NCBI GenBank assembly: GCA_965226475.1
Contig: CBDDDJ010000003.1
Location: 139,964 to 203,963 of the forward strand
DNA: 64,000 bases
Direction of reading: 5' to 3'
From: Alphaproteobacteria bacterium
Lineage (GTDB): Bacteria > Pseudomonadota > Alphaproteobacteria > GCA-2731375
The notes under the pieces were generated by a model, which did not search any database, was not told the origin of the DNA, and saw only the letters and a program-made list of their open reading frames with translations. Below are positions 18,274-28,493 of this stretch, in pieces (within the stretch, counting starts at the first letter, position 1; each line of letters starts with the position of its first letter). A program made the translations under genes and the position numbers.

Positions 18274-19038
18274 TCAGTTCGCCGTCGGGGTTTGACGCCT
18301 GCGGCTCTGGTTGAGCCTGTAGCTCTCGCCATTCATCTCGAGGATGTTGACGTGGTGGGTGAGGCGGTCGAGGAGAGCGCCGGTGAGGCGCTCGGAGCCG
18401 AACACCTCGGTCCATTCGTCGAAGGGCAGATTGGTGGTGACCAGGGTCGAGCCCCGCTCGTAGCGTTGGCTGAACACCTCGAACAACAGCTCGGCGCCGG
18501 TCTTCGACAGCGGCACGAAGCCGAGTTCGTCGACGATCAGAAGCTTGTAGGTGGCGAGCTTCTTCTGGAACCTCAGCAGCTGCTTGTCATCGCGGGCCTC
18601 GATGAGCTCGTGGACCAGTGCGGCGGCGGTGATGAAGCCGACCGAGAGGCCCTTCTGGCAGGCCGCCAAGCCGAGACCGAGGGCGATGTGGGTCTTGCCG
18701 GTGCCGCTGTTGCCGAGCGCGATGAGGTTCTCGCGGCGCTCGATGTACTCGCAGCGGGCCAGCTCCAGGACCAGCGCCTTGTTGAGCGAGGGGATGACCT
18801 TGAAGTCGAAGCTGTCGAGGCTCTTGACCACGGGGAAGCGCGCCGCCTTGATGCGCCGCTCGACCATGCGGCGCTCGCGGTCGATCAGCTCGAGCTCGGC
18901 GAGTCTCAACAGGTAGCGGACGTGATCGACGCCTTCCGAGGCGCACTGCCGGGCGATCTTGTCGTACTCGCGCAGGAAGGTCGGCAGCTTCAGCGTCTTG
19001 AGGTGGTGGGCGAGCAGCACTTGCGGTGTGTCGGTCAT
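18274..19038 (-). CDS. istB: IS21-family IstB (copy D)
   Basis: MTDTPQVLL start overlapping the istA stop, Walker A GNSGTGKTH. Confidence 0.85.
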   Translation of the reverse strand: MTDTPQVLLAHHLKTLKLPTFLREYDKIARQCASEGVDHVRYLLRLAELELIDRERRMVERRIKAARFPVVKSLDSFDFKVIPSLNKALVLELARCEYIERRENLIALGNSGTGKTHIALGLGLAACQKGLSVGFITAAALVHELIEARDDKQLLRFQKKLATYKLLIVDELGFVPLSKTGAELLFEVFSQRYERGSTLVTTNLPFDEWTEVFGSERLTGALLDRLTHHVNILEMNGESYRLNQSRRRQTPTAN

Positions 19039-20588
19039 GCGCCGAGCCCCGACAGCAGGCTCATGTACGACTTGGCGGACGTCATCGCGACCCGGGCGCG
19101 CGGCAGATACGGATAGACGTCGAGGTTGAGCCTGGGCGGCCGCCGCTCGATGCGGCACAGTACCAGGTGCTTCACCGCATCAAAGCCGATTGCGCCGAGC
19201 CGCAGGGCGTCGCCGACCGCACCCTCGACCTCCTCGAGCCGGAAGGTCTCCAGTAGACGGAGCACCTGGACGTACTCGCGCTTGCCTGCCTTGCCCATAC
19301 GAGCTTCGAGGAGCCGCCGCAGAGTGATGAAGGCCTCGGGCAGGTCCCAGCCCGCCAATGGCGCGGCCTGGTCGAGGGCGCCGATCTTCTGCTCGATCAA
19401 GGGCAGGTAATGCAGCGGGTCGAAGATCAGGTCCTCGCTGTCGTAGGACCGGCGGTGCCGGGCGATCACCTCGGCCCCGCAGCTGATCACCACCTCATCG
19501 ACGTAGCCCCGGATGAGCACCTCACGGTGGCCGTAGGCCACGGGCACGGAATAGTCGTTGCTGCGGTAACGCACCAGCGACAGCGAACTCGCCCGTCCAG
19601 GGCGCTTATCGCAGGCATCATAGGGAGCAGGCGGCAATGGCAAGAGAACTTGACGATCCCGCTCGAGACGCTCGCCGATGGTCTCCTTGTGGCCCCGCAG
19701 CCGCGCCGCCTGGCGCCGGCGGCACTGTTCGGCGAGAGCATCGTTGAGGGCCGCGAAGCTCTCGGCACGCGGGACGGGGACCAGGAAGTTCCGCCGGATG
19801 AAGCCGACCAGTCCCTCGACCTTGCCCTTGTCGTTGCCCTTGCCCGGCCGGCCGAACCTGTCCTCGAACAGATAGTGGGACTGAAGCTCCGTGAAGACGC
19901 GCGTTCGCTGCCGCTTCCCATCGCCCAGGATCCGGGCAACCGCCAGCTTGGTGTTGTCGTACAGGATGGATCGGGGGACGCCGCCGAAGAAGGCAAACGC
20001 CGCGTTGTGGCCATCGCAGAATGCTTCGGTCGTCTCCGCCGGATAGGCCGCAACAAAGCAACCATCACTGTGGGGAAGGTCGAAGGCAAGGAAGTGGATC
20101 TTCCGTAACGCGCCGCCGATCACCGCCATCGCTTCGCCGAAGTCCGCCTGGGCGTGACCGGGGGAATGGGAGAGTGGCACGAACACCTCACGCGACCGAA
20201 GCCCCTGCTCACGAACGTAGTCCTTCACGATGGTGTAGCCGCCCGTGAAACCGTACTCGTCCCGGAGGCGGTCGAAGATGCGCTTCGCAGTGTGCCGTTG
20301 CTTGTGGTGGCTGGTCCGATCGTCTTCCAGAATCCGATCGATGATCCCCGTGAACGGACCCAGCTTCGGCCGCCGTGGCGGCTTGCCGCGGCGATACCCC
20401 GGCGGCACCGAGAACGACAGCATCTTGCGTACCGTCTTGCGGTCCAGCCCGAACACCCGCGAGGCCTCGCGGGTGCTCATTCCCTCGACACGACACGCCC
20501 GCCGAACCCGTGCGTACAACTCCACCCGATACATCCCCCCCGCCTTCCAGTCAGAGCAACCCTGACAGAAGGCTATACGCGGTCCCAT
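19035..20588 (-). CDS. istA: IS21-family IstA (copy D)
   Basis: 517 aa, homologous to IstA of copies A-C. Confidence 0.85.
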   Translation of the reverse strand: MGPRIAFCQGCSDWKAGGMYRVELYARVRRACRVEGMSTREASRVFGLDRKTVRKMLSFSVPPGYRRGKPPRRPKLGPFTGIIDRILEDDRTSHHKQRHTAKRIFDRLRDEYGFTGGYTIVKDYVREQGLRSREVFVPLSHSPGHAQADFGEAMAVIGGALRKIHFLAFDLPHSDGCFVAAYPAETTEAFCDGHNAAFAFFGGVPRSILYDNTKLAVARILGDGKRQRTRVFTELQSHYLFEDRFGRPGKGNDKGKVEGLVGFIRRNFLVPVPRAESFAALNDALAEQCRRRQAARLRGHKETIGERLERDRQVLLPLPPAPYDACDKRPGRASSLSLVRYRSNDYSVPVAYGHREVLIRGYVDEVVISCGAEVIARHRRSYDSEDLIFDPLHYLPLIEQKIGALDQAAPLAGWDLPEAFITLRRLLEARMGKAGKREYVQVLRLLETFRLEEVEGAVGDALRLGAIGFDAVKHLVLCRIERRPPRLNLDVYPYLPRARVAMTSAKSYMSLLSGLGA

Positions 20589-20652
20589 TTTGGTCCGCCG
20601 CAGCCGGATCGACCGGCCGCTTCAGTGGGGGATTATTGCGCCGCCGTTCTCA

Positions 20653-21029
20653 TTGGCGATAATCGCCTCGGCCCGTTTGGTCAGCCGCTTGTAGGCCTGG
20701 ATGGTCTGGCTCCGCCATTCCTTCTCACCGCCATCCCCATCGAGCAGGCGGACGCGGGGGAGCGAAACCGTCAGCGCTCCGAAGGTGCCGACAAGCTGCC
20801 GATGCCGGTGGCCGTTGCGATAACCCTTGGGCGCGCCGCTGCGTTGATAGCGCGCACGGCCGCCCAGCGCCGCTTGCGCTTCCTCCGCCACCACAGCCTC
20901 GATGAAGGCGCGGACGCGAAAGCGGATCGCATCCTCCAGGGGATCGAACCAATTCTCACCGGAAAATGGACTGGGCGACGTCGATGCCGTAAGATGTTTC
21001 ATGGCGTAAGCTCCTTTCGGCGGCTGCAC
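20653..21029 (-). pseudogene. IS256-family transposase N-terminal fragment (truncated by IS21-D)
   Basis: RYQRSGAPKGYRNGHRHRQLVGTFGALTVSLPRVR matches the conserved N-terminal block of IS256/mutator transposases. The C-terminal two thirds are missing. Confidence 0.6.
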
Positions 21030-21222
21030 ACCGCCTTTCTGAATGTTTTACAATCAGGAGTTTACGCCAGTTCTCCAATTTTCCACCAACCTTGCGACAC
21101 CACCCAAAAACACACTGAATCGTTTTGTGCTAGGGAATAGCGGACGGTTTACGTGGAGTGCGCCCCTGGACCCGGACAGGTGATGTATAAGGAGTTGACC
21201 GGGGACGCCGGGCTTTCAGAGG

Positions 21223-21582
21223 ATGAAAGCCATGGCAAAGCACCGCACATACAGTATCGAATTCAAGCGGCAGGTGGCGCAGGAGTTTCTCGCCGGGGAG
21301 AGCCTTCACGGGCTCTCCCGGCGCCACGACGTCTCGCGTAACTTGATCCGTGTCTGGGTGGCGAAGCTGGAAGCCGGCACCTACGACGAAGATGCCGAGG
21401 CTGCCGATCTCCTGCAGGAATACGAGGCGAAAATCGCTGCCCTCGAGCGCCTGGTCGGCCGGCAGGCGCTGGAGATCGAGTTTCTAAAAGGGGCTCTGAA
21501 AAGCGCACCCCGGCCGAGAAGCGCGACTACATCCGTGATTGCCGGCCCGATGGTCTCTCCATCGCCCAAGGATGCCGACTGA
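21223..21582 (+). CDS. IS3-family transposase OrfA (HTH + leucine zipper)
   Basis: 119 aa (MAKHRTYSIEFKRQVAQEF ... EAKIAALERL). Confidence 0.8.
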   Translation: MKAMAKHRTYSIEFKRQVAQEFLAGESLHGLSRRHDVSRNLIRVWVAKLEAGTYDEDAEAADLLQEYEAKIAALERLVGRQALEIEFLKGALKSAPRPRSATTSVIAGPMVSPSPKDAD

Positions 21583-22030
21583 TGGGCCTGCCACGCTCGA
21601 CCTATTACGACGCGCCGGTGGCCACGGCCGACGAGGCCGAGATCGTCGCCCGCATCGAGGCGATCTGTGAGGAGTTCGAAGCCTACGGCTATCGCCGTGT
21701 CGGTGCCGCGCTGCGCCACCAAGGCATCATCGTCAACAGCAAGAAGGTCCGCCGTCTGATGCGCGAACACGACCTGCAGCCCAGGCGCCGCAAGCGCTTC
21801 GTCGCCACCACTGACAACGATCATGACGGGCCGATCTTCCCCAACCTTGCCAAGGACGTCACGGCTGACGGGCCGAACCAGCTCTGGGTCGCCGACATCA
21901 CCTACGTCGCGATCGCTGTCGGCTTCGTCTATGTCGCGGTCATCCTCGATGCCGGGTCGCGCCGGGTCGTGGGCTATGCGATCAGCCGATCGATCGATGC
22001 CCGCTTCTGCCAGGCGCTCGGTATATTTGA
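21582..22030 (+). pseudogene. IS3-family OrfB, 3'-truncated
   Basis: Integrase-core N-terminal part (NQLWVADITYV). No DDE C-terminus follows. Confidence 0.65.
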
Positions 22031-23038
22031 TCGAGACATATTGGGCGGGTTCAACCGGTCGTCGCAACACGTTCAGTTTGACTGGCCTGCAAGCACTGGT
22101 CCAGAGCTTCGGCGGGAGTTCTCCATCCGAGGGTCTTGCGGGGCCGTGTATTGAGCGCGTCAGCAACAACTGCGAGTACGTCCGGACTGTGTGCGCTCAG
22201 ATCGGTTCCTTTCGGGAAGTACTGTCGAAGCAGTCCATTGGTTTTCTCGTTCGTTCCGCGTTGCCAAGGGCTGTGCGGTTCGCAGAAGTAGACGGGAAGG
22301 CCGGTTGCGATCCGCAGATCCGCATGCCTGGCCATCTCTGCTCCCTGGTCCCAGGTCAGCGAGCGGCGAAGCTGCGCTGGCAATGTCGTGATCGTCCGGG
22401 CGATGGCATCGCGAACCGCTTCAGCCCCATGACCGGCAAGCGCAGGCCCGTTCTTTACGCGCGGGACGGTGCGGTGGCCTTCCATTCGGGGAAGATGCAG
22501 CAGCATTGTGAACCGCGTGGTGCGTTCCACCAGAGTGCCGATCGCCGATCTGCCCAAGCCGATGATCAGGTCACCTTCCCAGTGTCCGGGTACGGCCCGA
22601 TCAGCTGCTTCCGCCGATCGTTCACTGATCATGATCTCAGGCGTGACGAAGGATTTGCCCCGCCGGCGGCTACGTGCCCGAGGCACGCGCAGTGCCCTTC
22701 CCGTGCGAAGGCAGGCGGTCAGCTCACGACGGAGTGCGCCGCGGCCCTGTACGTAGAGCGCCTGATAGATCGCCGCATGGCTTGATCCTCGGGCCCGTCC
22801 CCAGGATAGTCGATCCGAAGACGGTGCGCGATCTGCTCAGGACTCCAGGCCCTGGCCCATCGCCTGTGCTGCCGCGGCCCATGCCGACGACCGTTCCAGA
22901 CGACGCGTGGCCCCTCGATCACCGTTCCATCCGGTGCCGAGATCCGACCCGCAAGCCGATCCTGCACATAGCGCCGCAGCGCCTCATTCGTTGCCAGCTT
23001 GGCTGGCTTCGGCCTTTTGGCGGATCGATCAGCATGCC
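22031..23038 (-). mobile_element. IS30-family element remnant (frameshifted transposase, 5' end removed by IS21-B)
   Basis: C-terminal catalytic part 22051-22686 (HWEGDLI ... SPWQRGTNEKTNGLLRQYFPKGTDLS) and an N-terminal part 22719-23010 in another frame. Abuts the IS21-B terminus at 23039. Confidence 0.7.
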
Positions 23039-23138
23039 TGTGTGCGGCGGTGACAAATTAGACCACGGAAGCGGCGGGATTTGCCCGGCTGCGGGCGGAG
23101 TAAAACTCTGCCACCTGTAGCCTTCGATCCTTTTCGGG

Positions 23139-24653
23139 ATGGAAGGTGGGAGGATGTATACCGTGGACCTTTATTTACGCGTTCGGCTGGCGTGCCATGT
23201 TGATGGGCTGAGTCAGCGAGAGGCGGCGAGTCGGTTTGGCATGGCGCGAGAGACGGTGAGGAAGATGCTCGGGCACTCGGAGCCGCCTGGCTACCGCCGC
23301 CGCCAGCCACCGAAGCGCCCGAAGCTGGACCCCTTCAGGGATATCATTGACCGTATTCTGGAAGAGGACCGAACGGTTCACTGCAAGCAGCGCCACACGG
23401 CGAAGCGGATATTCGAGCGTCTTCGCGACGAGCATGGCTTTGCGGGCAAACAGACCATCGTCAAGGATTACGTCCGGGAACGGCGCCGTCGCCAGCGTGA
23501 GATGTTCGTGCCGCTGGCGCACCCTCCGGGTCACGCTCAGGCGGACTTTGGCGAGGCGGATGCGATCATCGCCGGCGTCAAGCGGCGGGCGCATTTTTTC
23601 GCCATGGACCTTCCCCACGGCGATGCCTGCTTCGTTGCGGCCTACCCGGCGGCGGCGACGGAGGCCTGGCTGGACGGCCACAACGGGGCCTTCGCCTTCT
23701 TCGGCGGCATTCCCCAATCGATTCTCCACGACAATGACAAGTGCCTGGTGTCGCGCATCCTGCCGGACGGCACGCGGCAACGAACGCGAGCGTTCAGCGG
23801 GCTTCAATCCCATTATCTGTTCCAGGATCGATATGGCCGCCCCGGCAAGGGCAATGATAAGGGCAAGGTGGAGGGGCTGGTCGGTTACGCCCGCCGGAAC
23901 TTCATGGTTCCCATCCCCCGGTTTGCGAGCTGGGACGCCTTCAACGCTCACCTGGAACATCAATGTCGGAGACGGGAAAGCGACGTCTTGCGCGGCCATC
24001 GCGAGACCATCGGCGAGCGGTTCGGATGCGACCGGGAGAAGCTGATGGAATTGCCGCCGGCGCCTTTCGAGGCCTGCGACAAGGAGGGCACGCGGGTCAA
24101 TTCGCTCTCCCTGGTGCGCTATCGGGGCAACGACTACTCGGTGCCCGTCGCCTACGGTCACCAAGAGGTCTGGGTCCGTGGCTACGTGCACGAGGTGGTC
24201 ATCGGCTGCGCCGCCGAGGTCATCGCCCGGCACCCACGCTCTTACGAACGAGAGGACCTGATCTTCGAGCCGATCCACTATCTGGCCTTGCGGGAGCGGA
24301 AGATCGGTGCCCTCGATCAAGCCGCCCCGCTGGCCGGTTGGAAGCTGCCCGAGGCGTACGCCAACCTGCGCCGCTTGCTTGAAGCCCGCATGGGCAAGGC
24401 CGGCAAGCGGGAGTACGTGCAAGTGCTCCGTCTTCTGGAGACCTTTGCCCTTGAGGAGGTGCACGGTGCCATCCGCGATGCCCCGCGGTTAGGCGCCATC
24501 GGCTATGATGCGGTCAAGCACCTGGTGCTGTGTCGCGTCGAGCGTCGACCCCCCCGGCTCGACTTGAACGTTTATCCCTATCTGCCGCGGGCCCAGGTGA
24601 CCACCACATCCGCCGCCAGCCACATGAGCCTGCTGGGCGGAGCGGCGCCGTGA
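23139..24653 (+). CDS. istA: IS21 transposase IstA
   Basis: 504 aa, identical to copy A except L13 for P13. Confidence 0.9.
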   Translation: MEGGRMYTVDLYLRVRLACHVDGLSQREAASRFGMARETVRKMLGHSEPPGYRRRQPPKRPKLDPFRDIIDRILEEDRTVHCKQRHTAKRIFERLRDEHGFAGKQTIVKDYVRERRRRQREMFVPLAHPPGHAQADFGEADAIIAGVKRRAHFFAMDLPHGDACFVAAYPAAATEAWLDGHNGAFAFFGGIPQSILHDNDKCLVSRILPDGTRQRTRAFSGLQSHYLFQDRYGRPGKGNDKGKVEGLVGYARRNFMVPIPRFASWDAFNAHLEHQCRRRESDVLRGHRETIGERFGCDREKLMELPPAPFEACDKEGTRVNSLSLVRYRGNDYSVPVAYGHQEVWVRGYVHEVVIGCAAEVIARHPRSYEREDLIFEPIHYLALRERKIGALDQAAPLAGWKLPEAYANLRRLLEARMGKAGKREYVQVLRLLETFALEEVHGAIRDAPRLGAIGYDAVKHLVLCRVERRPPRLDLNVYPYLPRAQVTTTSAASHMSLLGGAAP

Positions 24654-25417
24654 GCGACACGCCGCAGGTGTTGCTGGCCCATCACCTGAAGGCCCTCAAG
24701 CTGCCGACCTTCCTCAGGGAGTACGACAAGCTGGCTCGCCAGTGTGCCAGCGAGGGCGCCGACCACGTGCGCTACCTGCTCCGCCTGGCCGAGCTGGAAC
24801 TGATCGACCGCGAGCGCCGCATGGTCGAGCGGCGAATCAGGCAAGCGAAGTTCCCGACCGTCAAGAGCTTGGACAGCTTTGACTTCAAAGCGATCGCCTC
24901 GCTCAACAAGGCGCTGGTCCTCGAGCTGGCACGATGCGAGTACATCGAGCGCCGGGAGAATGTGATCGCTCTGGGCAATTCCGGCACCGGCAAGAGTCAC
25001 ATTGCGCTCGGCCTCGGCCTTGCCGCCTGCCAGAAGGGCCTGTCGGTCGGCTTTACCACCGCCGCCGCCCTGGTCCACGAGCTCATGGAGGCGCGCGATG
25101 ACAGACAGCTGCTGAGGTTCCAGAAGAAGCTCGCCAACCTCAAGCTCCTCATCATCGACGAGCTGGGTTTCGTGCCGCTCTCCAAGACCGGCGCCGAGTT
25201 GCTGTTCGAGGTGTTCAGCCAGCGCTACGAGCGTGGCTCGATCCTGGTGACCTCCAACCTGCCATTCGACGAGTGGACGGAGGTTTTCGGCTCAGAACGC
25301 CTGACGGGGGCGTTGCTGGACCGCCTGACCCACCACGTCCATATCCTGGAAATGAACGGCGAAAGCTTCCGCCTCAAGCAGAGCCGAAGAAAACAGAAAC
25401 CCGCAAAAAGCGCCTGA
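24650..25417 (+). CDS. istB: IS21 helper ATPase IstB
   Basis: Identical to copy A. Confidence 0.85.
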   Translation: MSDTPQVLLAHHLKALKLPTFLREYDKLARQCASEGADHVRYLLRLAELELIDRERRMVERRIRQAKFPTVKSLDSFDFKAIASLNKALVLELARCEYIERRENVIALGNSGTGKSHIALGLGLAACQKGLSVGFTTAAALVHELMEARDDRQLLRFQKKLANLKLLIIDELGFVPLSKTGAELLFEVFSQRYERGSILVTSNLPFDEWTEVFGSERLTGALLDRLTHHVHILEMNGESFRLKQSRRKQKPAKSA

Positions 25418-25602
25418 GCGGCATCCGCTTGCCCCCGTGGGCCCACAGGCCCCTCCCACGCGCGCCGCGGCCTTTGCCTGCTGAGGGGCAGTCCACGCCG
25501 CGCGTGGGTCCCTCCCGTGGACTACGGGGACAAGCTCCTCACCGAACCAAAGTGGCCCACTTTTGCTCCGCCACATGGCCGGGTTTTACTCCGCCGTTGA
25601 CA

Positions 25603-26164
25603 CCTCGAACAGCAACTCGGCGCCGGTCTTGGAGAGCGGCACGAAACCCAGCTCGTCGATGATGAGGAGCTTGAGGTTGGCGAGCTTCTTCTGGAACCTC
25701 AGCAGCTGTCTGTCATCGCGCGCCTCCATGAGCTCGTGGACCAGGGCGGCGGCGGTGGTAAAGCCGACCGACAGGCCCTTCTGGCAGGCGGCAAGGCCGA
25801 GGCCGAGCGCAATGTGACTCTTGCCGGTGCCGGAATTGCCCAGAGCGATCACATTCTCCCGGCGCTCGATGTACTCGCATCGTGCCAGCTCGAGGACCAG
25901 CGCCTTGTTGAGCGAGGCGATCGCTTTGAAGTCAAAGCTGTCCAAGCTCTTGACGGTCGGGAACTTCGCTTGCCTGATTCGCCGCTCGACCATGCGGCGC
26001 TCGCGGTCGATCAGTTCCAGCTCGGCCAGGCGGAGCAGGTAGCGCACGTGGTCGGCGCCCTCGCTGGCACACTGGCGAGCCAGCTTGTCGTACTCCCTGA
26101 GGAAGGTCGGCAGCTTGAGGGCCTTCAGGTGATGGGCCAGCAACACCTGCGGCGTGTCGCTCAC
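25603..26164 (-). pseudogene. istB: IstB truncated at about codon 187 (copy C); the 232-aa ORF 25586-26284 is the same truncated istB with an artefactual 45-aa N-terminal extension
   Basis: Identical to IstB up to LLFEV, then reads into the terminus of copy B (STAE stop). Confidence 0.75.
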
Positions 26165-27675
26165 GGCGCCGCTCCGCCCAGCAGGCTCATGTGGCTGGCG
26201 GCGGATGTGGTGGTCACCTGGGCCCGCGGCAGATAGGGATAAACGTTCAAGTCGAGCCGGGGGGGTCGACGCTCGACGCGACACAGCACCAGGTGCTTGA
26301 CCGCATCATAGCCGATGGCGCCTAACCGCGGGGCATCGCGGATGGCACCGTGCACCTCCTCAAGGGCAAAGGTCTCCAGAAGACGGAGCACTTGCACGTA
26401 CTCCCGCTTGCCGGCCTTGCCCATGCGGGCTTCAAGCAAGCGGCGCAGGTTGGCGTACGCCTCGGGCAGCTTCCAACCGGCCAGCGGGGCGGCTTGATCG
26501 AGGGCACCGATCTTCCGCTCCCGCAAGGCCAGATAGTGGATCGGCTCGAAGATCAGGTCCTCTCGTTCGTAAGAGCGTGGGTGCCGGGCGATGACCTCGG
26601 CGGCGCAGCCGATGACCACCTCGTGCACGTAGCCACGGACCCAGACCTCTTGGTGACCGTAGGCGACGGGCACCGAGTAGTCGTTGCCCCGATAGCGCAC
26701 CAGGGAGAGCGAATTGACCCGCGTGCCCTCCTTGTCGCAGGCCTCGAAAGGCGCCGGCGGCAATTCCATCAGCTTCTCCCGGTCGCATCCGAACCGCTCG
26801 CCGATGGTCTCGCGATGGCCGCGCAAGACGTCGCTTTCCCGTCTCCGACATTGATGTTCCAGGTGAGCGTTGAAGGCGTCCCAGCTCGCAAACCGGGGGA
26901 TGGGAACCATGAAGTTCCGGCGGGCGTAACCGACCAGCCCCTCCACCTTGCCCTTATCATTGCCCTTGCCGGGGCGGCCATATCGATCCTGGAACAGATA
27001 ATGGGATTGAAGCCCGCTGAACGCTCGCGTTCGTTGCCGCGTGCCGTCCGGCAGGATGCGCGACACCAGGCACTTGTCATTGTCGTGGAGAATCGATTGG
27101 GGAATGCCGCCGAAGAAGGCGAAGGCCCCGTTGTGGCCGTCCAGCCAGGCCTCCGTCGCCGCCGCCGGGTAGGCCGCAACGAAGCAGGCATCGCCGTGGG
27201 GAAGGTCCATGGCGAAAAAATGCGCCCGCCGCTTGACGCCGGCGATGATCGCATCCGCCTCGCCAAAGTCCGCCTGAGCGTGACCCGGAGGGTGCGCCAG
27301 CGGCACGAACATCTCACGCTGGCGACGGCGCCGTTCCCGGACGTAATCCTTGACGATGGTCTGTTTGCCCGCAAAGCCATGCTCGTCGCGAAGACGCTCG
27401 AATATCCGCTTCGCCGTGTGGCGCTGCTTGCAGTGAACCGTTCGGTCCTCTTCCAGAATACGGTCAATGATATCCCTGAAGGGGTCCAGCTTCGGGCGCT
27501 TCGGTGGCTGGCGGCGGCGGTAGCCAGGCGGCTCCGAGTGCCCGAGCATCTTCCTCACCGTCTCTCGCGCCATGCCAAACCGACTCGCCGCCTCTCGCTG
27601 ACTCAGCCCATCAACATGGCACGCCAGCCGAACGCGTAAATAAAGGTCCACGGTATACATCCTCCCACCTTCCAT
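26161..27675 (-). CDS. istA: IS21 transposase IstA
   Basis: 504 aa, identical to copy B. Confidence 0.9.
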   Translation of the reverse strand: MEGGRMYTVDLYLRVRLACHVDGLSQREAASRFGMARETVRKMLGHSEPPGYRRRQPPKRPKLDPFRDIIDRILEEDRTVHCKQRHTAKRIFERLRDEHGFAGKQTIVKDYVRERRRRQREMFVPLAHPPGHAQADFGEADAIIAGVKRRAHFFAMDLPHGDACFVAAYPAAATEAWLDGHNGAFAFFGGIPQSILHDNDKCLVSRILPDGTRQRTRAFSGLQSHYLFQDRYGRPGKGNDKGKVEGLVGYARRNFMVPIPRFASWDAFNAHLEHQCRRRESDVLRGHRETIGERFGCDREKLMELPPAPFEACDKEGTRVNSLSLVRYRGNDYSVPVAYGHQEVWVRGYVHEVVIGCAAEVIARHPRSYEREDLIFEPIHYLALRERKIGALDQAAPLAGWKLPEAYANLRRLLEARMGKAGKREYVQVLRLLETFALEEVHGAIRDAPRLGAIGYDAVKHLVLCRVERRPPRLDLNVYPYLPRAQVTTTSAASHMSLLGGAAP

Positions 27676-27760
27676 CCCGAAAAGGATCGAAGGCTACAGG
27701 TGGCAGAGTTTTACTCCGCCCGCAGCCGGGCAAATCCCGCCGCTTCCGTGGTCTAATTTG

Positions 27761-28246
27761 TCACCGCCGCACACATATCAGTCGTTGCGCCCGGCGCGGA
27801 TGAATACCTAGCTGCCGCAGCATCGGCAGCCAGTCGCCGTGCCGCACCTGGCGCTTGGCATTCGCCAAGAGTAGCCCTAGCCGTTCAACGTCGCCAGTAT
27901 GATCGGCCTCAATGATCTTCGCAACCACCTCAGGGAACGAATGCGCTTCACGCTTCAGGTCGCCGATCAACCGGCTCGCTTCGTCGAAGGTGACGGGCCG
28001 TGCTGTCCTGGCGATCAGTGCCGCAACCGTTCGTTTCTGTCGTGGCGTTGCTTCGTCCATGGGGTGCCAGTTGGTGAAGGTCGTGAGTGCGGCGGACCGG
28101 TCCCTTTCCCTCGGAAATGCGACACTTGCGACGGCATTCCCGAGGGTTGGGCTTTTCGCCAGCTGTGCCAGCCGGAGCCAGGCCATCGCTTGGGCGGGCT
28201 GCGCAGCGGCCTTGTGGCCCTGCCATCGCTCGCAGCCTCGGAGCAC
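27761..28246 (-). CDS. Hypothetical protein of the integrative element (161 aa)
   Basis: ORF with plausible codon usage. Its 3' end reads into the IS21-C terminus, so the C-terminus may be truncated. Confidence 0.4.
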   Translation of the reverse strand: MLRGCERWQGHKAAAQPAQAMAWLRLAQLAKSPTLGNAVASVAFPRERDRSAALTTFTNWHPMDEATPRQKRTVAALIARTARPVTFDEASRLIGDLKREAHSFPEVVAKIIEADHTGDVERLGLLLANAKRQVRHGDWLPMLRQLGIHPRRAQRLICVRR

Positions 28247-28493
28247 ATCGCCGACTGGCCGTCAGCGCCTTCGCCGGTCTCCGCCGCCGTCGATCAAATC
28301 CCAGGTGCTCCCCGGTCTCCTCCAACGGCTCAGCCTCGGGCCGCGGTCTTGAAGGTCCCTCCCCGGTACCGCGAAATTGCCGTTGCGCCCCGGGTGCCAA
28401 TCGCTAAAATGCCGGTCTGCATTGACTGGCGTTCTAACGCAAAGCGTCCAACGCAACGGCGGGCGGCTCTATCGGGGCCGCCCGTTCCGCCTT

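Larger units (their letters stand above)
18084..20652 (-). mobile_element. IS21-family insertion sequence, divergent member (copy D)
   Basis: Termini TGTCAATGGCGGAGCAAAAA (at 18084) and TGAGAACGGCGGCGCAATAATC (reverse complement at 20652) parallel those of copies A-C. The proteins are about 75-80% similar. Confidence 0.8.
21116..22030 (+). mobile_element. IS3-family element (left end and OrfA intact, OrfB truncated by the IS30 element)
   Basis: Putative left terminus TGAATCG ... OrfA 21223-21582 and OrfB from the overlapping ATG at 21582. Homology ends near 22025. Confidence 0.65.
23039..25602 (+). mobile_element. IS21-family insertion sequence, copy B (identical to A)
   Basis: 2564 bp with the same termini and identical ORFs. 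Confidence 0.85.
25603..27765 (-). mobile_element. IS21-family insertion sequence, copy C, inverted and 3'-truncated (last about 400 bp missing)
   Basis: Reverse complement of IS positions 1-2163. Directly abuts the right end of copy B. Confidence 0.8.
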
